64,000 nt of DNA, taken from the NCBI GenBank assembly GCA_964551135.1, contig CAZKAT010000003.1:1514-65513 (forward strand), given 5' to 3'. Every line of letters begins with the position of its first letter. Position 1 is the stretch's first letter. The notes under the pieces were generated by a model. That model worked only from the letters and a program-made list of their open reading frames with translations. It did no database searches and was not told where the DNA came from. Made by a program: the position numbers and the translations under genes. This stretch comes from an uncultured Gammaproteobacteria bacterium. Lineage in GTDB: Bacteria; Cyanobacteriota; Vampirovibrionia; LMEP-6097. Positions 19,901 through 27,406 of the stretch are shown piece after piece.

Positions 19901-21197
19901 TTTGATTTCCAGAACTAGCCCTAGGATATAAATATGTACCTTGATTAACCCATTCACTAGCAGTCGTAAGTAATTGAAGGTTTTGCCAACTAGCTAAACC
20001 GCTAGCATTAGAAACTAATATAAATCCTGCTCTTTGACTTCCATCTTTGATTTGCAATGATCCATTAAAAATTGCATTACCTTGTACTAATCCATTATGA
20101 GTAAAACTAAAAGGACCATTCACCAGGGTTCGTCCATTTAAAAAAGCATTCTGCAGCTTTCCATTACTAGTAAATGATAAAAGAGCATTTATATTACCAC
20201 CATTAGCAATAGAACCAAGAGGACCTTGCGCACCTTGGGGACCTGGGATACCTTGTGCTCCTGAACCACCTGGAATTCCTGCTGGTCCCCTCGGACCAAT
20301 AGGTCCCTGGGGTCCCTGAGAGCCAAGTATTGACCGCGTTCCATTGCTAGTAAAATAAAAATTTACACCATCGTATTCTATAGCTCCATCTACGATATTA
20401 TTAGTTAAAAGTCCTGCCTCAAATTTAATACCAGGACTTTCTCCATCACCAGCTTTAGCAGTAAAATAAGCAGGCTCAGTAATATCGATAACATTACCAT
20501 TACCTTGACCTCCACCAGATCCTTTGGAACTAGTTGATTTGATATATTGAATTCCTTTTATTGAAATTGGTATGGTAACTTTATAAAATCCCGATCTAGA
20601 TTTTATGACACTAGTAGTAATTTGTTTTTGTGGTTTAGCTTCAAAAACCACGTTATCAAAAATATATTGCAACTGACAATCATTAAAATTATTCTGATTA
20701 CAATCTGCATTAGTAAAGGCTTTCAGGGTTTCATTATTTTGGCCTGATAAATTTATAGCAGAGATAGTAGTTTGATAAGTATTTATTAGATTCTTATTAC
20801 TGTTATAAACTTCAAACTGAAGCGTTTTAGAATTCTTAGTAAAATATCCAATATTTATATTTAGTGTTCTGATTTTAGTTTCAGGAGCAAAGGTTATATT
20901 TTGAGTATTGAGAAATGTTCTAATATTGTTATTGATTTCAAAACAATCTATTTTAAAACTACTATTATTGTTGTTATTACTTATATAAAGATCTGTTGAA
21001 TCTATTTTAATATTAATACTATGCGTCTCTTTAAGATTAAGTTCTTGATCTTGCTTAAGTAAATAAAATTTTAGATTTGGATCAGAACCACTTATGAAAT
21101 CTATTGCAATATATGGATCAGATACGGCATTAACATAGCAAAAATTAAGAAGAAGCAAAAATATAAAAATTCTTCTGGTTAATTTATATTTATTCAT
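16902..21197 (-). CDS. Large secreted collagen-like repeat protein (possible surface fibre/adhesin)
   Basis: 1431 aa; N-terminal signal-peptide-like segment; collagen G-X-Y run (GSQGPQGPIGPRGPAGIPGGSGAQGIPGPQGAQGP); two roughly 240-aa near-identical internal modules; recurrent motif NGS(I/L)LFSN...LYW(D/N)...RLG(V/I)GT; very T/N/G/S-rich. Confidence 0.7.
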   Translation of the reverse strand: MNKYKLTRRIFIFLLLLNFCYVNAVSDPYIAIDFISGSDPNLKFYLLKQDQELNLKETHSINIKIDSTDLYISNNNNNSSFKIDCFEINNNIRTFLNTQNITFAPETKIRTLNINIGYFTKNSKTLQFEVYNSNKNLINTYQTTISAINLSGQNNETLKAFTNADCNQNNFNDCQLQYIFDNVVFEAKPQKQITTSVIKSRSGFYKVTIPISIKGIQYIKSTSSKGSGGGQGNGNVIDITEPAYFTAKAGDGESPGIKFEAGLLTNNIVDGAIEYDGVNFYFTSNGTRSILGSQGPQGPIGPRGPAGIPGGSGAQGIPGPQGAQGPLGSIANGGNINALLSFTSNGKLQNAFLNGRTLVNGPFSFTHNGLVQGNAIFNGSLQIKDGSQRAGFILVSNASGLASWQNLQLLTTASEWVNQGTYLYPRASSGNQSAVIGGTTITGADIILNANGGAIFNEAANSVNFRVEGSSQTHLIFAQGSTNMVAIGDSSPAAQLDVGGGIATFINGVGDIIAADDLEVDDDAYIAGTVLATNFNGTAANLSGTITSNKVLSTTNINGTTANLTKVLSSGSVNGVNASFTNVIVSGIFNGTTTSFDGDFSNGSLLFSNAAGVISQNNSKLYWDRTNSRLGVGTSNADAMLTINGVLALFKTTVPSTMSNFGQVYVNSTNSRLYFKDDSGVVYSLTNGSASTVAGANTYFQFNDNNALGGNGALTFTKASKTLTVPADAPLDINSTTVSIADTNIAFDGASTTFTGTGAMTITPGAGTNLNVSLATTGDFAVNTNHLYVDTSATNVGIGTATPSSFKLQVAGSIGPDASALYDLGTNTTRFANAYINTVDLNFTNGSLLFSNVAGAISQNNSQVYWNSANNRMGIGTNTPASKLEVRGLLTTNGITMRDGATVGYVLTTDASGFAYWANVNVVNNGSDTSQGTIPGAIQFRGLTPGSFNADEVSFFWDDAFNRLGIGTNTPAYNLDVVGDLHVTKNGYFAQNVGIGTSLPSSFKLQVVGNIGPNGNALYDLGSNAIRFANAYVGTYTGTTANITTVNATTVGATTGNITTVNATTVGATTGNITTVNSTTINGANLDGNFTNGSILFSNNIGIISQNNSKLYWNRTANRLGVGTTNADALLTVNGITALYEVAAPGTAISNFGQIYVNTANSKLYFMDDGGTKYNLTNGSVSFVAAGANTNFQFNDSSALGGNGALSFTKASKTLTVAADAPLDINSTTVSIADPNISFDGASTIFTGTGAMTITPGAGTNLNVSLSTTGDFAVNTDQLYVDTSAVKIGINQSSPATALDVTGTINATAQINGVTANFTTGNITTVKATTINGANLDGNFTNGSILFSNTSGVLIEDQSSLYWDNVNKRLGVGTNIPQRTVHISDLMRLEPRSAAPSSPSLGDIYVDSDTNELCFFDGSSWVGLVAAGACI
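17080..17900. repeat. Internal direct repeat, copy 2, within the collagen-like gene (approximate bounds)
   Basis: Near-identical antisense ORFs at 17371..17622 and 18847..19098 (about 90% identical over 83 aa) show two copies of a roughly 0.8-kb segment spaced 1476 bp apart. Confidence 0.7.
17986..18075. repeat. Perfect 45-bp tandem repeat (2 full units plus partial flanking copies) inside the collagen-like gene
   Basis: Units 17986-18030 and 18031-18075 are identical (ccagtagtagctcccacggttgtagcattaacagtagttatatta); encodes repeated TTVNATTVGATTGNI; unit length is a multiple of 3. Confidence 0.8.
18560..19380. repeat. Internal direct repeat, copy 1, within the collagen-like gene (approximate bounds)
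   Basis: Same as copy 2; protein-level modules NGSLLFSNAAGVISQNNSKLYWDRTNSRLGVGT... and NGSILFSNNIGIISQNNSKLYWNRTANRLGVGT... Confidence 0.7.
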
Positions 21198-21304
21198 ATA
21201 GTTTAACTTTTATTAAACTACCATTGAATCAAGTTTTCCGGACTTGTCTTTACGGTTCAACCAATTTCAAATAATATTAAATGATCGAAATATAAATAGC
21301 TATG

Positions 21305-22051
21305 TTATTTAGTTAGCTTAATCGCTTGTGTAAGTCTCCAAAGAAATATCTTCTTATGGTCTCCTTGTTCTAATACTTTCGGCACCTTCTCTCCTCTGAA
21401 GTCCGCTGGGCGAGTGTAATGGGGATATTCGGATAATTTTAAATTCTCTAAATCTTCTTTCTTTAGTCCGGTCTCATCAAGTAATGCTTGTAGTTCTCTC
21501 TTAGTAACTTGCAGCTCTTCTAGTTTCTTTAAATAATTTATTTCAGAATGGGTTTCTTCTTCGATACTAGTCTCGTCTCCTAACACTCCCGGGATATGGC
21601 GTAAAGTAGCATCGATAATAGTCAGCGCCGGCAACTCACCACCAGTGAGCACATAATCACCAACCGAGACTTCCATAGTCGCTCTATCTCTAATCCTCTG
21701 ATCAAAGCCTTCATAACGTCCACATAAAATTATCAGATGTTCTTTCTTTGATAATTCTTGAGCAAGTCTTTGATCAAACTTTCTGCCAGAAGGACTAGTA
21801 ACTATGATCTCAGCCTTAGCATAATTAGGAATAGCTTCCAAACAATCTATCATTGGCTGGCATTGTAAGACCATTCCAGCACCACCACCATAAGGAGTAT
21901 CATCTACACGCTTGTGCTTATCCTTAGTATAGTCACGAGGATTGTGCACATAAAGTTCATAGAGCTTTTGCACTTGAGCTATACCCAAGATACTTGCTTC
22001 ACAGTAGCTAGTGACCATATCTGGAAACAAACTTAGTACATCAATTCTCAT
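21305..22051 (-). CDS. trmD: tRNA (guanine37-N1)-methyltransferase
   Basis: 248 aa; MRIDVLSLFPDM N-terminus, YGGGAGMV and C-terminal YPHYTRPADFRG...VP motifs typical of TrmD. Confidence 0.9.
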   Translation of the reverse strand: MRIDVLSLFPDMVTSYCEASILGIAQVQKLYELYVHNPRDYTKDKHKRVDDTPYGGGAGMVLQCQPMIDCLEAIPNYAKAEIIVTSPSGRKFDQRLAQELSKKEHLIILCGRYEGFDQRIRDRATMEVSVGDYVLTGGELPALTIIDATLRHIPGVLGDETSIEEETHSEINYLKKLEELQVTKRELQALLDETGLKKEDLENLKLSEYPHYTRPADFRGEKVPKVLEQGDHKKIFLWRLTQAIKLTK

Positions 22052-22055
22052 ATAC

Positions 22056-23180
22056 CTATAGATCCAAGAGCTCAGTGATAAGTTTAATCTTAGAAGATCT
22101 AAGATACTTAGCTCTAAAAGAGACCTGTATCAAATCTTCTAATCTATCTTGATTAAGTTTCTCAGTAAAAATCACTTTCTTAAAGCTAGCGAGCAAGAAA
22201 TCATATTTCATTTCTTTTTTGGTCATTCTTTGTAAATGTGCCTGAATCAAGCTTATAGACTCTGCTTGATTAGTTTGAAGATATTTAAGTACTTGATCTT
22301 GTTCTTTCACAAAATTATCTACTAGATCTTTATTTATCTCATAGAACTCGCTATCTACAACCAGTAGTGTAGTAGGAAACTTATTAATAAATTTCAATTG
22401 ATCAAAAATAAACGCATTCTCACTACCTTCTAATTCTTCTATGACACCATAAGGTGGTCTTTCAGCCAGCTCTGTTACATTAATCATGCCTTTAGAAGTA
22501 AGTAAAGTACCCCAAGGCTCAGCAACTAAAGCAGCATCTATAGAGCCAGTGAAGAATGCCATCTCTAACTCAGCAGGGTGTATCGGAATATATTGCAATT
22601 TTTTATCAAATGATATTAACGGTAACTCCATTAATGACTGGATCTGAGGATGAGAAGCATCATATCTCTTAGCTTGATCTTGCAAACGATTCACCAGAAT
22701 CTTAGCTAGCAAATCTTGAGTATTACCCCACTGCGGCACTGCGATCTTCTTAACATTGAAACCCTTATCAGGTTCATAGTAGCTAGGTAATATCAAACTA
22801 TTACCACCAATGCAGCTAAGCTTAAGTAACTTGAGTTTCACGCCTTTACTGAGAGCATTAATATATGGACCAGGACCTATATAACCTAAATCCAGATTAT
22901 GAGTTAGAAGTGCATCTAATAAATAACCACCCGAGGTAAATGATAATGACTTTGTCTTCGTGAACTTACCAGCTTCCAAACCCACTATAGGGACAGCATG
23001 CGTCATATTCAGTAAATAACCTAGGCGTAATTTATCAACCTTAGTCACTTGCATGCGCTTAGAGCATGACGTTAGAAATAAGGATAGACCTATAATCAGC
23101 ACGAAGGTAGGTGCCGTCATCCTGAGGAGCCTGCGAAGCAGGCGACGTAAGGATCCACTTATACTAAAGTTTTTCTCCAT
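22056..23180 (-). CDS. Substrate-binding lipoprotein, NMT1/SsuA-like (ABC transporter periplasmic component)
   Basis: Lipoprotein signal with lipobox LTSC; body resembles NMT1/THI5/SsuA-type binding proteins. Start set at ATG 23180 (MEKNF...); alternatives are 23120 and the track start 23330. The N-terminal region overlaps palindromic element A. Confidence 0.5.
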   Translation of the reverse strand: MEKNFSISGSLRRLLRRLLRMTAPTFVLIIGLSLFLTSCSKRMQVTKVDKLRLGYLLNMTHAVPIVGLEAGKFTKTKSLSFTSGGYLLDALLTHNLDLGYIGPGPYINALSKGVKLKLLKLSCIGGNSLILPSYYEPDKGFNVKKIAVPQWGNTQDLLAKILVNRLQDQAKRYDASHPQIQSLMELPLISFDKKLQYIPIHPAELEMAFFTGSIDAALVAEPWGTLLTSKGMINVTELAERPPYGVIEELEGSENAFIFDQLKFINKFPTTLLVVDSEFYEINKDLVDNFVKEQDQVLKYLQTNQAESISLIQAHLQRMTKKEMKYDFLLASFKKVIFTEKLNQDRLEDLIQVSFRAKYLRSSKIKLITELLDL

Positions 23181-23226
23181 TATAGTGGATCCTGACGGTC
23201 GGGCTTCGCCCTCCCTCAGGATGACG
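23115..23226. repeat. GC-rich palindromic element A (RPE-like), 112 bp
   Basis: Perfect 13-bp terminal inverted repeat CGTCATCCTGAGG (23115-23127) / CCTCAGGATGACG (23214-23226) plus inner inverted GGATCCACT/AGTGGATCC; GC-rich island in AT-rich DNA; related to elements at 39469-39577 and 41697-41797. Confidence 0.75.
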
Positions 23227-23262
23227 ATTTTCGACTTACGTTTATGCTTATGCATTACTTTG

Positions 23263-23941
23263 TTACTTTGCTTTCTTGTTGTTATGATTCCAAGACTTAA
23301 CACCAGAAGTTTTAATAGAAACCACTGCACCAGGCTTACCTGAAACTGGTCCCTTAACTAATAAAAGTCTTTGCTCTGGGTCATACTTAACTACTTTCAC
23401 TTTAGTGATAGTTACTACATTGTCACCCATTCTTGCAGGCATGCGCTTACCAGGAAACACACGACCTGGAGTTGTACCAGCACCAAGTGAACCAATGATA
23501 CGCTTAGATTTAGAACCGTGACTACGTCTACCAACTCTCATGTTATAGAGCTTAATACCACTCTGAAACCCTTTACCAATCGAAGTGCTAGTAATATTAA
23601 CTTTCTCAAGATCTTTGAAAAAATCTTCAGCATTAACTGCATCCCCAATATTCACACCTTCGATATTCTCGTTAGTTCTAAATTCTTGTAACTTAGATAA
23701 ACTTGGTAAATTTTTCTTTTGTAAATTTCCTCTTTCAGGTTTAGTTAAAAGTGTGTCTCTCTTCTTGAAAGCTCCAAGTTGAAGCGCATAATAACCATCA
23801 CGCTCTTTAGTTTTAATATCAGTTATGATGTTCTCTGCAATCTGAATAACTGTTACTGGTACTACGTCACCCTCAGCATCAAAGACTTGAGTCATGCCTA
23901 GTTTCTTACCGATTAATCCGAAATCTTTAGTTGTTGTTGCC
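23263..23941 (-). CDS. rplC: 50S ribosomal protein L3
   Basis: Start at ATG 23941 (MATTTKDFGLIGKKLGMTQVF) preceded by AGGAGA RBS; conserved L3 blocks KGFQSG, HGS, PGRVFPGKRM; the track start 24000 adds 19 non-conserved residues. Confidence 0.85.
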
Positions 23942-24147
23942 ATAATTTTCTCCTGTTTTTTTATTAGACTTTGTTTCACATTAGAGTAATTCCGAGACAA
24001 GTCTATCTATACAAGGCCCTAATAAATTAAGACCTACACCTAAGCACAGTATTCTATGGCTAGAACCTTCATGCATAAGGCGTAAGGCTAGATTCTAGCA
24101 ATTGAAGATGCCTAAGTATTATTAAGAAAAGATTCAACAATAGTATC

Positions 24148-24177
24148 TTGACAGGTTCACAAAAAATCTGACATAAT
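24148..24177 (+). promoter_or_regulatory. Sigma70-like promoter candidate upstream of the 24210 ORF
   Basis: TTGACA (24148-24153), 18-nt spacer, CATAAT (24172-24177), about 30 nt upstream of the ATG at 24210. Confidence 0.35.
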
Positions 24178-24209
24178 GATACCGCTCAGATCAAATAAGA
24201 TTCAAAATT

Positions 24210-25925
24210 ATGACAAGAATTCCTCGAACAACTCCCGACAGATCATTTCGCCCTATAATTCCAGGACATTATCATAGTCGCAGTTATATTACTTCCACTG
24301 AGGATACTTTTCTAAATTATGATGATTACACTCCACGAATAAGACCTGTCGTTATTAGTCATGATTTTAAACCTCAACGAACAATTGAAATAAACAATGC
24401 TCAATCTAGACAAAAAATTAAGCATCAAATTTACAAAGCCTTAGTAAAGGAAAAGGTTAAAGACGATGCATTAATAGCAATATCTGAAGTTCACGGTGGC
24501 ACAAATAGCTCTCTTATTTACTCAGGTATCAAAGATCCTACAAAACCTGCCGAAACTTTACACTCTCTTCAATTTAAATTAAAGGGTGATCATCCTGAGC
24601 ACGATATTTCTATCGCCAGGGACATTATTGGACAAGTTGGACGCCAAGCTAAGAACTGTGGAGATCTATTTGGTGAACTCTGTGTTGCAAGCTGGCATAA
24701 AGGCGGTAAAGCAGATATTGCTAATGATGATGCTTCAGACTGGAAACACAAGCCAGGCTATTGGGCACATGTCAATCGTGCAATTGTTGATAGAGCTAAA
24801 GATTACGGTAAAAACGAACCATATAGTTTTGGAGAAGCTACTCAAAGTCGATTCGATGACCATTCATTAAACTTACATTCTAGTGTCACTAACGGTCCAG
24901 ATGGAACCCATCACTTATCAGCTAAAAATAAGCAAGGTATTGCTAGAAGGTATCACTCCAATATACAAAACGATGGTAGCTATGGACTCCAGTCATTTAG
25001 AGACTTATATGGAATACCAAAAGAAGAAACCATTGCAACTTTAATTTATGGTTCTGGTTATAACACCAATATCGGGCAGGGAAATATGATTGTTAATACC
25101 GAGAATGGACATATCACCAGGAAAACTTGTCCTGCATTACAGCAAGACTGGGATCAATATGGTCAATTTTTAGAACTGCAGAGAGTTGGTTCTAGCCAAG
25201 AGTTTGGTAATCTTGAAAGACATGAATTAATAGTCGCTGGAGGTAATACTGATAATCAATATGCTGGTCCTAAATTAGCAGCAAACAATATTATCAACTC
25301 AATTACTGAAGACTTAGCTCGTGATGGACAAGCTTCTGCAGTTACAAGTCAAATGTTGAAACTATTAGGGATTAGCTTTGAAGATGCTAAAGTAAGTGAT
25401 TTAATTGATATTAAACGAGAAAGAAATATTGACAATCCAGATATAGATAGAAGTATTCTTACTAATTACAATGACGGAACAGTGTCCCAGAAAGGCTTAC
25501 TGGCACTGAAAATATATGAAAACTTAGCTCATAGAGCTGGAACTATACTTGCTAAATTCTTCGATGACAGTCAAGTTAAGAAGGAACAAGAATTAACTAT
25601 TGATTTTAGAAAAGCAACTAAGATCGGTATCATTGGAAGCCAAGGCAAAGGAATGTATGATAGGAAAATGCCACCATCAATTCTAGGAAATTTCGTTAAT
25701 GCTCTCAATCAAGTTAGACCTAACAATCCATTATATGCAAACGATGTAATAATTCATGCACCGATACAAGACGGTGCCTATGCTGCAGCTCTAGCAAGAT
25801 TAGGAATTCAAATGCGATCATCTGACATTCAAGTTTCTAGCAACATAGATTCTGAAACTGAAGTTGCTAACACTATTAGAGGAGGAGGGTTTAGAGGTGT
25901 GAAGCATCTTGCACAAACTTCTTAA
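24210..25925 (+). CDS. Hypothetical protein (571 aa), no recognisable family
   Basis: Long ORF with a promoter-like element upstream; no motif recognised by eye. Confidence 0.45.
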   Translation: MTRIPRTTPDRSFRPIIPGHYHSRSYITSTEDTFLNYDDYTPRIRPVVISHDFKPQRTIEINNAQSRQKIKHQIYKALVKEKVKDDALIAISEVHGGTNSSLIYSGIKDPTKPAETLHSLQFKLKGDHPEHDISIARDIIGQVGRQAKNCGDLFGELCVASWHKGGKADIANDDASDWKHKPGYWAHVNRAIVDRAKDYGKNEPYSFGEATQSRFDDHSLNLHSSVTNGPDGTHHLSAKNKQGIARRYHSNIQNDGSYGLQSFRDLYGIPKEETIATLIYGSGYNTNIGQGNMIVNTENGHITRKTCPALQQDWDQYGQFLELQRVGSSQEFGNLERHELIVAGGNTDNQYAGPKLAANNIINSITEDLARDGQASAVTSQMLKLLGISFEDAKVSDLIDIKRERNIDNPDIDRSILTNYNDGTVSQKGLLALKIYENLAHRAGTILAKFFDDSQVKKEQELTIDFRKATKIGIIGSQGKGMYDRKMPPSILGNFVNALNQVRPNNPLYANDVIIHAPIQDGAYAAALARLGIQMRSSDIQVSSNIDSETEVANTIRGGGFRGVKHLAQTS

Positions 25926-25927
25926 GC

Positions 25928-27355
25928 TCAAGAATATAAGAGACGCGCCATAGCCATCTTACCTTCTAATACATCGATAAGACCATCCATAGCACCACGA
26001 TCATGCTTGAGAATTTTTAGATCGTTTAAACCATGTTTAGCTCTAAATTTTTGAATAGTACCGATAAACGCATTTTCTCCACCAGGTACTTCTAAAATAC
26101 CATGTAGTAAATGAGATCCGACCATAGCAAACGCAGTAGTCTTAGAGTTTTTCAAGAAATCTGCAAATTTAGTTATAGTAAAGTTTGCCGAACGCTCTGC
26201 TAGAGACAGAGTTAGAGCTAATGCTAAAGAATCACCTTTCTTAGCTTCTTTTTCTATCTCCTCTGCTTTATCTTTTATAGCTAAATCTGGTGAACTTACA
26301 ATTTGAAGTATTTTAGGATTATATTCAATAAAATTAGGAGAACCTAATGTCCCAACTGTTAATTTATGAGTACCATTTATAATAGATATGGCTAACTGTT
26401 TCTCCACTGGCAGATATTTATTCAAGTGTAATAGAACATTTGGAATATTTAGCATGTTCTCTCTTGTAGTTGCATTTTCCAATATCGATTTCAAAGTTTG
26501 ACATTGTCTAACTAATGATCCACCAGCAAGAACCTCTTCTGTATTAAGATCTTTATTTGCTCCTTCATAAATTGCATCTAAAGGAGATTTAAATTTATAG
26601 ATAGATTGATTAGCTTCTGTATTAGGAAGTGGGGGCTGACCTGATTCTGTGTTTTGGGTTCTTCTGAACTGACCAGTCCTAGTGTCATAATCTTCACCAA
26701 TACCTAAATTAAATCCAGTACCATCTACTAGACCAAGTGCGTTTTCACCTTCTTTAAGATGTTGGCCAGCACTAGCTGCAATCGCAACAGTATCGTTTAA
26801 TACAGTAGCTCTTAATCCAGTTTCAGTATCTAAATTACTAATACAATCAATATGATCATTCATTGCTTCATCTCGGTAACTAAGACTGATCTCAGCTCCA
26901 TTAGCTATGTCTCTCATATCACCTAAGGCATCCCAATTAAGTCCTGCCTTATCATTAGCGTTAGCCATGTATATATGTCCTTCTTCTGGGACTTGTGAAC
27001 ATAGTTGATTCAAGGCAACATTCTCTTTTGCATTAGTCGCATATCCTGCTACACCAAAGACTAGATCCATTATTGGTTGACTGACTGCTTTAGCTTGCTT
27101 GACGCAAGTTGCAAGTATCTCCTTCACTACTTTTAAGTCAGCCGTATGGTTAGCTATCGTTGACTTTGATCTCTCAGCTTTGATATCAATATGAATTGGA
27201 TCTTTATGCAAACCTGAAACTGCCATATCAACGCCACTACCACCAACTCTAACTACTGCAGCAAGAGGCTGTTTAGACTCAATAGATTGAGACTGAAGCC
27301 AGTTTGTCCAGTCTGCCGAACTAGTAATATTTACATCTGTAGTATTCATTGCCAT
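25928..27355 (-). CDS. Hypothetical protein (475 aa), possibly actin-like ATPase / sugar-kinase fold
   Basis: Gly-rich segments VVRVGGSGVDMAV and LGLVDGTGFNLGIG loosely resemble phosphate-binding loops of ASKHA-superfamily kinases; assignment weak. Confidence 0.3.
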   Translation of the reverse strand: MAMNTTDVNITSSADWTNWLQSQSIESKQPLAAVVRVGGSGVDMAVSGLHKDPIHIDIKAERSKSTIANHTADLKVVKEILATCVKQAKAVSQPIMDLVFGVAGYATNAKENVALNQLCSQVPEEGHIYMANANDKAGLNWDALGDMRDIANGAEISLSYRDEAMNDHIDCISNLDTETGLRATVLNDTVAIAASAGQHLKEGENALGLVDGTGFNLGIGEDYDTRTGQFRRTQNTESGQPPLPNTEANQSIYKFKSPLDAIYEGANKDLNTEEVLAGGSLVRQCQTLKSILENATTRENMLNIPNVLLHLNKYLPVEKQLAISIINGTHKLTVGTLGSPNFIEYNPKILQIVSSPDLAIKDKAEEIEKEAKKGDSLALALTLSLAERSANFTITKFADFLKNSKTTAFAMVGSHLLHGILEVPGGENAFIGTIQKFRAKHGLNDLKILKHDRGAMDGLIDVLEGKMAMARLLYS

Positions 27356-27406
27356 AACAGCTAGATAATATCATCCCGAGATAAGATTTACAAGATAAAG
27401 AGTTAT

